DNA of 64,000 nucleotides from Candidatus Omnitrophota bacterium (GTDB lineage Bacteria; Omnitrophota; Gorgyraeia; Tantalellales; Tantalellaceae): NCBI GenBank assembly GCA_028715965.1, contig JAQUQS010000002.1, positions 13,368 to 77,367 of the forward strand, read 5' to 3'. Shown piece by piece: positions 1 to 9,488 of this stretch (position 1 is its first letter; each line of letters starts with the position of its first letter). The notes under the pieces were generated by a model. It saw only the letters and a program-made list of their open reading frames with translations, ran no database searches and was not told where the DNA came from. The position numbers and the translations under genes were made by a program.

Positions 1-3000
1 CATGCTCCTGTCATTCCCCGGGTCTTTCTCCGTTCCCACGGAATCAGCCACAAGGACGACCTTCGTAAGCCCCAAGAGCTTTATCGCGCGCACGGCGGCC
101 GCGCCTTTGGACATGGCCGTGATATCCACGGCGCGGGCCGAAGCCGAAGCCTCAATCTTTCCTAAAAGCCGGCCCTGCCCCTGCAACGTCCCGATCTTCT
201 CCCTGACCTGGGCGGCTATCTCATACCTGAACCCGTTAAGCCGCTCATCCATACGCCCGGTATAGAGCGTCACGCCTTTTTCCCCGGCATCTATGATCAG
301 GGACGTACCTACATCTTCGGGAAGACCATGTGTCCTTATTACGTTCCACATGGCTTCCACGACAGTATCCCTGATAAGTTCCTGGTCATCTTTTGTGCCG
401 ATGTGCGAGGACCTATACCCATCCAGGGCCCGCATATCGCCGCTGCGATCTATCTGGACCGCGGCGGCGCCGGAATTGGTCATGAAAATATAAGGATTAC
501 CTTCCCCGGACATCTTCCCCATCCGGGTACTTTTCCCGCAATATGTCGCAAGGGAACGGAATGACCGTCCCGTTAGCGTCACTCCCCGGACCCCTGAATC
601 AAGCATGGCATTTTTCGTCGATATCATGATATCGCTCAGGCCATCCCCGTGATGGGCGTCAACCCCGTCGAGATCCGAGATCACCCCGTCGACACCGGAA
701 AACGCCTCGCGGTTCTTTGCTACGAACGCGTCTATCCTGTCCAATCTTTTACCCTCCAGGTAGTTCTCAGGGAACTTCGGGAAATGCAAACAAGCGAAAA
801 GTATATCCGTGGGAGAGAGATCGTTGAACTTCCCCGACGAGATCATTTCCTCCCTTTTCCTCCGGACAGCTCCCAGGAATCCCCTCGGATCAGCGCTGTG
901 CCTGACACACGCGAATAATATGTCCGCGGCCGGGATATCCCTGAATGCGTCGACCAGACGGGCTTTCTCGGCCAAGACCCATTTAAGGAACGTACGAGGC
1001 CTCAAGGGGTTCGAGGTACAAGCCGCCATGACGACCCAATCAGGGAGCTCGTCGAACTCCCCGATAAGCTCCGAGACCTCTTCCGCCGTATAAAAATGCG
1101 TCAGGAGCCTTTCCTGCATGTCGCTCGTTATGCCCAGGCCGTCATATCCATCCAGCATCTCCATCACCGTACCCGCGAAATGGCCGGCGTTAAAAGACTT
1201 CAGGCCACTTATGGCCGCCACATCAGTCGGGGTTATTATGGAACGCGCGGACAGGCTTTCCAGCGAACGGGTATCGTACCTTATAAGCGCCGACATAGCT
1301 ATTCCCGCCAGCTTTACCGCCTTATCCCGCGGCATGTCCGCATCCCGGGCCATCATTTCCTCTACGAGCTTATCGGACATCGTCCTGAGATAATCCGATT
1401 CCTTGTCCGAGAACTGTCCGCGTTTCTTGAACCGCGTGACCTCGGCAACGTCACCCATGCCTTTCATCCATTCCGGTTCAAGCATGCCGTTTATCCTGGT
1501 CGCCAGGTCGGGGTACCTTCTTTTAAGCTCGCTCAGGTATGACGGACTCACGCCGGCAAGTTCCGCTATGCGCTTGTTATCTAGGCCATCCTCCCCCACG
1601 CTTATAATATCAAGCGCGGCCATGACCTTTACATACTGCCCGGATGCCGGCTCAAGCCCACGGGAGACATCTATCAGGAGCGCTATGTCCGGATTACGTT
1701 CGATACGGTTATAGACCGTGCGTTTCGAGACCCCCGACTCACGTCCTACACCGTTCACCGTGACCCTGCGTCCTTCCGACATCATGGTCTTGACGGTCAT
1801 GATGATCTTCCTGTCGGAAGCGTTCATTCTTTCCATGTCCTCAAAGCATACGCCCAGACGTGCGTCCGCCCAGGCGTGCATGATATCGTCTTCTGATGGC
1901 GATGCCTTATTGAGCCCCGGGTTCCTCGCGAGGAACTCCTCCACGTCGATATCTCGGAACCGTTCCGCGAGATAATACCCGTCGGTACCGTTACCCAGCA
2001 ATATCCCGGCGGTCTTAAGCGCCCTTAACTCGTTATCCACCGAGCTCTCGGAATTGTTCCCGCCTCTCGGCGTCGTTACCCCGTCCAGTATCTCCTTGCG
2101 CGTTCTCTTATCGGGGGCGAATACTCCCGCACCCGCGAGCTCCCGTAAAAGCGTCGCGGGAGAGCCTTTAGCGATGGCAAAAGGCCCTGATACTCCCGGC
2201 GAGGGATCGTATGACCAGGGGGCGTAGGGAGACCCAGTCTCATCGAACAGGTCAGGGGTTATCGCCTCGGACGGGCCACCCTCATCGTCACCCTTTTCGT
2301 CATCATCCTCACCCCGGTCCGTCCTGATAATGATACCATCCAGCGAATTAGCGAGCGTATTGTGATCATAATCCTCCAGGAACACTACTTTGCCCATAAT
2401 ATCCGCGACAGCGGGATCAGTGGTCTCAAAAGCGGTACTAACGCCCGCGAGGAACCTTGAGTAGAATTCTGCCAGGTTATTCACGCTGAACACCTGGTCC
2501 GTGCCAAGTGACTCCTCGGTCATTTCAAGGACCGCCGCCACCACATCCTCCCCCAGCGCATGCAGAAGCTCTGAGACAAGGGTATAATCGGCATTCCCAT
2601 CCGAAGAGCTTAAGCGTTGTTTGGACACTTCGAATTTATCGGTCAATAGTATTATCTTGTTCCTTCTATCCTCACTAAGAACGTTATTTATCCTGGAAAC
2701 TTTGCGATCCATGGCCAGTTCCAAAATACCGCTGTCCGACACATTATCATAAAGAACGAACGTCACGAGCCCCAAAAGAGGCGCAAGCATATCCCGTATG
2801 ACCTCGGCGCCCTCAACATCCTCCTCACCTTCGAGAGAGAACGACCAGTTAAGTCGCCGGCCGAACTCACGCGCCGTTATCCTGCCGCGCAGAAGATCGT
2901 CCAATGTCCCCTCAGCGCCTTGCGGCAGCGGCACCGCCACGTGCGTCACGCCGGACACCTCCACCAACCCCACTACGTCTACCACAAGCTTATGCATATC

Positions 3001-4647
3001 ATTCGAGTTAGAATGGTCCCCTACGCACACTACTCTTTTACCGTGATCAAAGAACTTTGCCAGAAGGTCCCGTGGCGCGATGTATTTACCCCGGGAAGAA
3101 AGATGGTCGTTCATACGTTCCATATCCTCGTCACTCAGCATAGAGCCCTGGTTGGCACGGGACGCCGCTATGTTCCTCAAGGTCTCGATCATGCTCTGCG
3201 CCTGCACACTATCATGCGATCTTTCCACCTTTTCGTCGATCGATCTTTCTTCCCAAGGAGCATTTTGCCGGATCTCTTCTATTACCGCCTCGGATATCCG
3301 GGGATAAATGAACATTATCATCCCCAATTCCCTGTCCGTGAGGTTGAATATACTTATCTGGCCGAGGAAGAACGCCAGTTTGCGCGCATGCTCGCGTACG
3401 ATCAGGTTATCCGAACGCATAGCCGCATTCAGGTCCTTGATGAAGACAGGATCCCCGGTAAGAACGCTTAGCGCAAAAGCCCGTTGCGGACCATTTTCCA
3501 TCGGGTATTTGAACGCAAGGTCCGTGATAAAACTTATCGCGGAAAAAGCCACTTCCCTTTCCCCTGAGGCGACGGCGCGTTTTATGTTCCCGAGCAGCCT
3601 GTCATCCATCCGAGTCACGCCGCCATTATCGTAATAAAGTAGCAGTCCGTATATCGCGCGGCTCCGGCAAATGGATGGGCTCATGGGATCACCCGTCACT
3701 TTTATAAGCTCATCCCTGACAGCTTCACTGGTACCACCGTCCCACTTGGCGAGCAATTCGATACAGGCCGCCTTAAGTCTTTTCTCATCCGATGTCCTGT
3801 ATACATCAAATATCTTTTCCAGGACCTTGTTGCCGGCCCCGCCAAGTCGCTCCCATGAAAGGTTATGGTCGACCTCTTGTATCGTGGCTATTTTCTCCAG
3901 GAGGTCCCCATCATCGAGCCTCCTGAAATAGTACGGCAATTGCGGCCAATCAGCCCCAGGCTCTCCCGCGGCCTGGTAGAACGTGATGCCATTGGCGATC
4001 TCGGCCCGTATCCTTATCTCCCGGAGATATTGGTCCCAGAACACTCCCGTAAAATAGCTGTGTTTATTCGCGTCTATGACCTTTTCGAGGGAATTGATAA
4101 GCTCTTTCTCGGTGGGCTTCATTTCCGTTCTTTTCATCACACCACCGCGCTCAAGAAGTATAAGCTCGAAAACGCGGGCTACCACATGGTTCAGATAACG
4201 TTCCCTTGAAAAACCCGCACGGTGTGCGGGAAAGTATTTAGCGACGTTCGCAGGCGTTGGTGGTACATACTTGAACACGAGTTCCTTTATCCCGGAATAC
4301 CTGTTCCGGTCCTTACGCGCCAGTACCTGCATCAGGGATTCTATTTCTTCGTGGATAAGCGCCCGTAAAAGTCCCAGTTCATCACCCTCCAGATCCGCGG
4401 AAACAAGTACTTTGCCGTGTGAAAGTAATATGGCCTGGGAAGCGTTCGCTTCAAGGAGGGCTCTTTTCTCGTCATCATCCGCGTATACCACACGCGTATG
4501 CTCGAGCGCCATACTAAGCATATCGCGCCTGACGGATACACGTTGCGCGCCTGACCAGACGGAAATACCATAGGCCGTTCCGCCTGGCAGAACGCCAGTC
4601 AGCGTAAATACGAACGTCAGGAATGTAGCGGTTATTTTGCGAAACAT
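1..4647 (-). CDS. giant protein of unknown function, N-terminal signal peptide or membrane anchor; 3' end beyond window (at least 1549 codons)
   Basis: Hand translation of the minus strand in consecutive 60-nt blocks from the ATG at 4645-4647 down to position 1 found no stop codon. A stop lies immediately upstream at 4657-4659. The N-terminus is MFRKITATFLTFVFTLTGVLPGGTAYG. The plus strand here carries only short, mutually overlapping ORFs (183 aa or less). The ORF track probably omits it because the stop is outside the window. Confidence 0.75.
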   Translation of the reverse strand, partial: MFRKITATFLTFVFTLTGVLPGGTAYGISVWSGAQRVSVRRDMLSMALEHTRVVYADDDEKRALLEANASQAILLSHGKVLVSADLEGDELGLLRALIHEEIESLMQVLARKDRNRYSGIKELVFKYVPPTPANVAKYFPAHRAGFSRERYLNHVVARVFELILLERGGVMKRTEMKPTEKELINSLEKVIDANKHSYFTGVFWDQYLREIRIRAEIANGITFYQAAGEPGADWPQLPYYFRRLDDGDLLEKIATIQEVDHNLSWERLGGAGNKVLEKIFDVYRTSDEKRLKAACIELLAKWDGGTSEAVRDELIKVTGDPMSPSICRSRAIYGLLLYYDNGGVTRMDDRLLGNIKRAVASGEREVAFSAISFITDLAFKYPMENGPQRAFALSVLTGDPVFIKDLNAAMRSDNLIVREHARKLAFFLGQISIFNLTDRELGMIMFIYPRISEAVIEEIRQNAPWEERSIDEKVERSHDSVQAQSMIETLRNIAASRANQGSMLSDEDMERMNDHLSSRGKYIAPRDLLAKFFDHGKRVVCVGDHSNSNDMHKLVVDVVGLVEVSGVTHVAVPLPQGAEGTLDDLLRGRITAREFGRRLNWSFSLEGEEDVEGAEVIRDMLAPLLGLVTFVLYDNVSDSGILELAMDRKVSRINNVLSEDRRNKIILLTDKFEVSKQRLSSSDGNADYTLVSELLHALGEDVVAAVLEMTEESLGTDQVFSVNNLAEFYSRFLAGVSTAFETTDPAVADIMGKVVFLEDYDHNTLANSLDGIIIRTDRGEDDDEKGDDEGGPSEAITPDLFDETGSPYAPWSYDPSPGVSGPFAIAKGSPATLLRELAGAGVFAPDKRTRKEILDGVTTPRGGNNSESSVDNELRALKTAGILLGNGTDGYYLAERFRDIDVEEFLARNPGLNKASPSEDDIMHAWADARLGVCFEDMERMNASDRKIIMTVKTMMSEGRRVTVNGVGRESGVSKRTVYNRIERNPDIALLIDVSRGLEPASGQYVKVMAALDIISVGEDGLDNKRIAELAGVSPSYLSELKRRYPDLATRINGMLEPEWMKGMGDVAEVTRFKKRGQFSDKESDYLRTMSDKLVEEMMARDADMPRDKAVKLAGIAMSALIRYDTRSLESLSARSIITPTDVAAISGLKSFNAGHFAGTVMEMLDGYDGLGITSDMQERLLTHFYTAEEVSELIGEFDELPDWVVMAACTSNPLRPRTFLKWVLAEKARLVDAFRDIPAADILFACVRHSADPRGFLGAVRRKREEMISSGKFNDLSPTDILFACLHFPKFPENYLEGKRLDRIDAFVAKNREAFSGVDGVISDLDGVDAHHGDGLSDIMISTKNAMLDSGVRGVTLTGRSFRSLATYCGKSTRMGKMSGEGNPYIFMTNSGAAAVQIDRSGDMRALDGYRSSHIGTKDDQELIRDTVVEAMWNVIRTHGLPEDVGTSLIIDAGEKGVTLYTGRMDERLNGFRYEIAAQVREKIGTLQGQGRLLGKIEASASARAVDITAMSKGAAAVRAIKLLGLTKVVLVADSVGTEKDPGNDRSM

Positions 4648-4752
4648 TATATGATATTAATAGGATCTTGTTAACTTTCTATTACCCTAAAAGAGGAAGA
4701 TTATAACATTATATTTCCCGTTAAGTCAATATAAATCTAACTATCTCGGGCA

Positions 4753-4783
4753 TAAAAAAACAGCCGTTAGGCTGTCTTTTTAT
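4753..4783 (-). terminator. rho-independent terminator (bidirectional hairpin) downstream of the nitroreductase gene
   Basis: A-run, then stem ACAGCC / GGCTGT with loop GTTA, then T-run (aaaaaaacagccgttaggctgtcttttt). A/T tracts on both sides. Confidence 0.6.
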
Positions 4784-4809
4784 AAAACGTTCATATTAAA
4801 GATGTTACA

Positions 4810-5340
4810 TTATGTACCGTATCTGTTGAACCAGGCTCTTTCCCCGAACGGTCTTTTCTCACTGCGTGGCCCTTCGGTCTCGGGCACCCCAATGGGAAGC
4901 AAGATGCGGACAACCTTACTTTCAGGCACATCTAAAAGGGCCCCTATCCTTTCCGCCCGTTCATCCCGCCTGAGCCAGCCATCGATCCAGACACTCGCGT
5001 ACCCCAGCGAGGTAATAGCAAGTAACATGCACATAACAGCGGCCGCCAGGTCCTCTACCTGAAAAGAATGACCTTCATATACCGCGGGAGGTTCCCTGTC
5101 GACCATACATACTATCATGGCCTTCGCGTCATGCATGGCCTTTATCTGGTGCATTTCCCCTATTTTCCCCAGAAGCTCCGGGTCATCAACTATGACGAAC
5201 TCCGAGGTCTGGGCGTTCTTCCCCGACGGCGCGGCAAGCCCGGCCTTAACTATTTTCTCAAGAGCCGCGCGGGGGACCGGCTCGTCCCGGAACCCGTCAC
5301 GGTAACAATATCTCGAGCTTATCGCGTCAAAAAGATCCAT
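4810..5340 (-). CDS. nitroreductase family protein
   Basis: MDLFDAISSRY...SGKNAQTSEFVIVDD shows the nitroreductase fold signature. I set the start at MDLF, preceded by GGAAAGGGG; the track's N-terminal extension runs through a terminator hairpin. Confidence 0.75.
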   Translation of the reverse strand: MDLFDAISSRYCYRDGFRDEPVPRAALEKIVKAGLAAPSGKNAQTSEFVIVDDPELLGKIGEMHQIKAMHDAKAMIVCMVDREPPAVYEGHSFQVEDLAAAVMCMLLAITSLGYASVWIDGWLRRDERAERIGALLDVPESKVVRILLPIGVPETEGPRSEKRPFGERAWFNRYGT

Positions 5341-5371
5341 ATCGTTACCCCTTTCCATACCCGACAAAAAA

Positions 5372-5400
5372 AAAAGGACGGCCCGCCGGGCCGTCCTTTT
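5372..5400 (-). terminator. rho-independent terminator downstream of rpsA
   Basis: 9-bp GC stem GGACGGCCC / GGGCCGTCC with loop GCC, flanked by an A10 run upstream and a T-run on the minus strand; 25 nt past the rpsA stop. Confidence 0.7.
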
Positions 5401-5421
5401 CATATTACGATCAACGGTATA

Positions 5422-7164
5422 CTATTGCTCCGTCTTTTCCTCAGCCTGCGGAGCGGCTTCTTCCGTTGTTTCGGGAGAAACTTCTTCCGCTGGAACCGCC
5501 TCTTCGGCCTTTTCAGATACCGGCTCGGCGGTCGCTTGCGCTGTTTCCTGGACGGGAGCCGCCTGTTGTTCAAGCCCCTTTGAACTCAAGGCTATCTTCT
5601 TCTGCACGCCGTCTATGTGTATGACCTTCACGTTGACGGGATCGCCCACCTTGTAGATACTTTCCATACGCTGGTTGGGTCCCAGGTCTATCTCTGACAC
5701 ATGCAAAAGACCCTCAAGCTCGTCCTCGAGCTCTACGAATATACCGAAATTCGTTATGTTGGTTATCCGACCATCACAAACGGTATCGGGTTTGTACTTC
5801 TTGACTATCTGGTCCCACGGGTCTTCCGTGAGCTGTTTTACTCCCAGGGCTATACGCCTGTTCTGCTCGTCCACGTTGAGTATGATAGCTTCTATCTCAT
5901 CGCCCTTCTTCATCTTCTCTTTCGGATGTGTTATCCTCTTTGTCCATGAAAGGTCGGAAACATGCACAAGGCCTTCCACGCCTTTTTCCATTTCCACGAA
6001 CGCGCCATAATCCGTTACCGCGCTTATGGTGCCTTTTACCTTGTCTCCGGCGTTATAACGTCCCTCGACCCCTTCCCACGGGTCTTTCTCAAGCTGCTTA
6101 ATGCCCAGGGAAAGTTTCTGGTTATCCTTGTCGACACTGAGTATCATGGCCTGCACCTGGTCACCGACCTGGAACTTCTCACTGGGATGATTGAACTTCT
6201 TCGACCAGGAAAATTCAGATATATGGATAAGCCCTTCTATACCTTTTTCCAGCTCGACGAAAACCCCGTAAGGCATGATGTTAACTACCCGGCCGTTGAT
6301 AACACTGCCTTCCGGGTACTTATCGGTTATGCTCTCCCATGGGTTCGGTGTCCTCTGCTTGAGACCAAGCGATACCTTCACGCTTTCTTTGTCGAAATCT
6401 AGCACCTTGACCTCAATGTCGCTGCCAATAGAGACAACGTCACTCGGATGGTTTATACGGCCCCAGCTCATATCCGTTATGTGCAAAAGACCCGTTATAC
6501 CACCGCCGATATCGATGAAGGCTCCGAAATCGGTTATGTTCCGCACGATACCCTTCACGACGTCGCCCTTGTTGAGACCCTCGAGTATGGCTATCTTCTC
6601 GTCGCGGCGCTTTTCCTCGACAAGCTCCTTCCTCGAAAGCACTATGTTCTTCCTGGGTATGTTTATCTTGACTATCTTGAACTCCAGCTTTTTGCCCAGG
6701 ATATTATCCGGGCCGCCGAACTCCTGCATCATAGAAAGACTAGCGGGCAAGAACGCCCCCATGCCTATATCGACCATGAACCCGCCCCTGACCTTACGGG
6801 ACACTTTACCGGTGACGATATCGCCTTCTTTCTTGTTCTGCACTATATTATCCCACGTCTTGAGACGTTTGGCTTTTTCGTGAGAAAGTACGACCATACC
6901 AAGCTCGTTCTCTTTCGACTCGAGCATGACATCAATAGGACCGCCGACCTTAAGCTCCTCAGGATCGGATATCTCCGATTTCATCACGATACCTTCGGAC
7001 TTATAGCCTACATCGACCAACACCTCCTTTTCACCAATATGGACGATAGTACCTTTAAGGATCTCTCCTTCCCGTATGTCAGATATGCTCTGCTCATACA
7101 GGGCCGCCAGTTCCTGGTCCATTGCAAGAACCTCGCCATTCGCTTCTTCTCTTTCGATCTTCAT
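5422..7164 (-). CDS. rpsA: 30S ribosomal protein S1
   Basis: Six tandem S1 domains (repeated GxV...GAFV/GLLH.SE motifs); an AAAGGAG RBS lies before GTG/ATG near 7164-7167. Confidence 0.9.
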   Translation of the reverse strand: MKIEREEANGEVLAMDQELAALYEQSISDIREGEILKGTIVHIGEKEVLVDVGYKSEGIVMKSEISDPEELKVGGPIDVMLESKENELGMVVLSHEKAKRLKTWDNIVQNKKEGDIVTGKVSRKVRGGFMVDIGMGAFLPASLSMMQEFGGPDNILGKKLEFKIVKINIPRKNIVLSRKELVEEKRRDEKIAILEGLNKGDVVKGIVRNITDFGAFIDIGGGITGLLHITDMSWGRINHPSDVVSIGSDIEVKVLDFDKESVKVSLGLKQRTPNPWESITDKYPEGSVINGRVVNIMPYGVFVELEKGIEGLIHISEFSWSKKFNHPSEKFQVGDQVQAMILSVDKDNQKLSLGIKQLEKDPWEGVEGRYNAGDKVKGTISAVTDYGAFVEMEKGVEGLVHVSDLSWTKRITHPKEKMKKGDEIEAIILNVDEQNRRIALGVKQLTEDPWDQIVKKYKPDTVCDGRITNITNFGIFVELEDELEGLLHVSEIDLGPNQRMESIYKVGDPVNVKVIHIDGVQKKIALSSKGLEQQAAPVQETAQATAEPVSEKAEEAVPAEEVSPETTEEAAPQAEEKTEQ

Positions 7165-7295
7165 CACTTGACCAACTCCTTTTCCATAGATTTTTGAGTG
7201 CTTATTGTACCGCTTTTCCAAAAAAGATGCAAATGATTTATATAAAAATAAGGGCTGTAACGCCTTTATTTACCGAGCAATAAAACTTCACGCCG

Positions 7296-7928
7296 TCACG
7301 TGGCCAGGGACGCTATCCTATCCATTATATATCTGGATATACCGTCATAATCCTTCCGGTCACCACCGGTCGAAGAGAACAATTCCCCGGGATAAACGGG
7401 TTTACCCACCCATACGGTCATCCTGGTCCCCGGTTTGAGCTTGCCCCCTTTAGGTAAGGCGTTCAGGGACCCCTCGATATACACAGGGATAACGGGCACC
7501 TCCGCCTTAGCCACAAGAAAACCTACACCCCGCTTGGCTTCCCGCAAACTGCCATCTTCTGACCTCGTACCTTCGGGGAATATAGCCACAGCCCGGCCTT
7601 TTTTAAGCCTGCCAAGGGCTTCCTTCAGGCTTGATACCCCGCCACCAACGCGGTCCACCGGGATACAGCTCACGGACTTGGCCCACCATCCCCACCGAGG
7701 TGAGTCAAAAAGTTCCTTTTTGGCCATGAAATCCACGTCCTTGCCCAGGAACGCCGTACCTACCAGCGGCGGGTCCAGAAGGCTTACGTGATTTGCTACT
7801 ATTATGTAAGGAGGTTCGGGGATGTTCTCGCGCCCGTGATAGGTCACCCTGAAAAATATTCCCAGGAACATGGCCAACAGTCCCCTGGATATCCTGAAAG
7901 GTATGTTCTCGAAGAGTTTTTTGCCCAT
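7296..7928 (-). CDS. plsC: 1-acyl-sn-glycerol-3-phosphate acyltransferase
   Basis: HxxxxD acyltransferase motif (VANHVSLLD) and the FPEGTRS motif. Confidence 0.85.
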   Translation of the reverse strand: MGKKLFENIPFRISRGLLAMFLGIFFRVTYHGRENIPEPPYIIVANHVSLLDPPLVGTAFLGKDVDFMAKKELFDSPRWGWWAKSVSCIPVDRVGGGVSSLKEALGRLKKGRAVAIFPEGTRSEDGSLREAKRGVGFLVAKAEVPVIPVYIEGSLNALPKGGKLKPGTRMTVWVGKPVYPGELFSSTGGDRKDYDGISRYIMDRIASLAT

Positions 7929-7935
7929 AAACGTC

Positions 7936-8631
7936 TTACCCGGCGGTGCTTTTCACATGTTCGACGATCAACAACACCACTTCGTCTATGGAAAGCCCGG
8001 TAGTATCCACGATGACCGCGTCATTGGCTTTTTTGAGCGGCCCCACTTCCCTGGTCATATCGCTCGCGTCCCTCTCTCGCAGGTCGTCTGCTACCTCTTC
8101 ACGGGTTACATCACCGCCCTTCGCGCGCATCTCGGCGAAACGCCTGTCCACCCGTTCATCGAACGCGGCATCAAGATAGAACTTGTGTCTGGCGTCCGGC
8201 AATACGACCGTAGTTATGTCCCGTCCCTCCATCACCGAACCGCCGGAGCCAGCGACCATTTTTCGCTGTAGCCTTACCATGTTCTCGCGTACACGCGGGA
8301 TCCCGCACACATGCTTCACGTTACGCGTAACATCCATGAGACGTATATCCTCCGTAACATCGCGCCCATCAAGCATGACTCGCGCGCCTTGCCCCTCCAA
8401 CGCGGGCTTTTCGAACCTGAAGTCTATGTTGTCCGAAAGAAGCGCGACGGCGTCCTCGTCGAACATATCCACGTTCCCGCGCATCACTTTGAGCGTAAGG
8501 GCCCGGTACATCGCGCCGGTATCCACATATATGTAGCCTAGCTTGTCGGCCACCATCCTGCTTATGGTGCTCTTACCGCTACCCGCCGGCCCGTCAATGG
8601 CCACGGCTTCGATCTTATTTGAAGAAAGCAT
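7936..8631 (-). CDS. cmk: cytidylate kinase
   Basis: P-loop AIDGPAGSGKST and Cmk-like overall sequence; conserved tyrA-cmk-rpsA context. Confidence 0.9.
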   Translation of the reverse strand: MLSSNKIEAVAIDGPAGSGKSTISRMVADKLGYIYVDTGAMYRALTLKVMRGNVDMFDEDAVALLSDNIDFRFEKPALEGQGARVMLDGRDVTEDIRLMDVTRNVKHVCGIPRVRENMVRLQRKMVAGSGGSVMEGRDITTVVLPDARHKFYLDAAFDERVDRRFAEMRAKGGDVTREEVADDLRERDASDMTREVGPLKKANDAVIVDTTGLSIDEVVLLIVEHVKSTAG

Positions 8632-9469
8632 CCCTGGTCTCTTTCATTTTCCCGATCTTTTTCTTGAGAGCCGAACGGTCACCCTTGACCATGATCTTCT
8701 CTATCGAAGATATCTCTTTCTTGTATCTCTTGATGGCGGCAAGGACGTTCTTTTTGTTGGACATGAAGATATCGCCCCAGACCTCGGCCGCGGAAGAAGC
8801 TACACGGGTGGTGTCCCTGAACCCCGTAGCGAGCAGGCAAGCGGGGAACTTCTTCTCAAGCGTCCCGACCAGCGCGTACGCGGCTATATGAGGCAGATGG
8901 CTGGAGAACGCCAGGTTCCTGTCATGCCGGGCCGGCTCAATGGACCATACTTTCGCGCCCAGGGCCTCCCAGAACCTTGTTAATCTCTTCACCTTTTTTT
9001 CCCGGGACCTGCTCGGGGGGGCACTAACGAGACACACGCTTTTCTCGAAAAGATCCGCTGTCGCGCTTTCCACCCCGGCCTTTTCGCTGCCGGCCAATGG
9101 ATGGGACCCTATGAAAGTGAACCTGTCCTTATATTTCGCGGCGTACTTTACGATCTCCTCTTTTGTGCTTCCCACGTCGGTAACGATCACATTACCGTCT
9201 CTTCTTATCACCTTCCCCAGCTCATCAAGGTTCTTTTTTATCGTACCCACCGGGGTACATATGACGATGATATCCGCGTCTTTGACGGCCTCACCATAGT
9301 TGTTCACGTATCCGGTCGTAAGGGCTTTTGCCTTAACGGCCCTTTTCAGCGAACTTTCCCGGCGAAACACGCCTACCACTTCCCTGGCCAGACGTTTTTT
9401 CATCAAGGCCTTGCCGATAGATCCTCCTATCAGCCCCATGCCTATTATGGTGATCTTGTTATATTCCAT
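8615..9469 (-). CDS. tyrA: prephenate (arogenate) dehydrogenase
   Basis: N-terminal Rossmann motif IIGMGLIGGS and a TyrA-like body; lies in the aromatic amino-acid operon. Confidence 0.85.
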   Translation of the reverse strand: MEYNKITIIGMGLIGGSIGKALMKKRLAREVVGVFRRESSLKRAVKAKALTTGYVNNYGEAVKDADIIVICTPVGTIKKNLDELGKVIRRDGNVIVTDVGSTKEEIVKYAAKYKDRFTFIGSHPLAGSEKAGVESATADLFEKSVCLVSAPPSRSREKKVKRLTRFWEALGAKVWSIEPARHDRNLAFSSHLPHIAAYALVGTLEKKFPACLLATGFRDTTRVASSAAEVWGDIFMSNKKNVLAAIKRYKKEISSIEKIMVKGDRSALKKKIGKMKETRDAFFK

Positions 9470-9488
9470 ACACACCGCCATGTTTGGA

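Noticed and set aside
1-4600. Plus-strand ORFs listed by the track (for example 2920..3471 at 183 aa, 1096..1542 at 148 aa, 3865..4209)
   Set aside because: They overlap one another in all three plus frames. They have no recognisable motifs and odd R/H/P/Y-rich composition. They are antisense to a continuous 1549-codon minus-strand frame, so they are shadow ORFs.
5675-7197. Plus-strand ORFs (111-249 aa) inside rpsA
   Set aside because: Antisense to the six-S1-domain rpsA; no independent signals.
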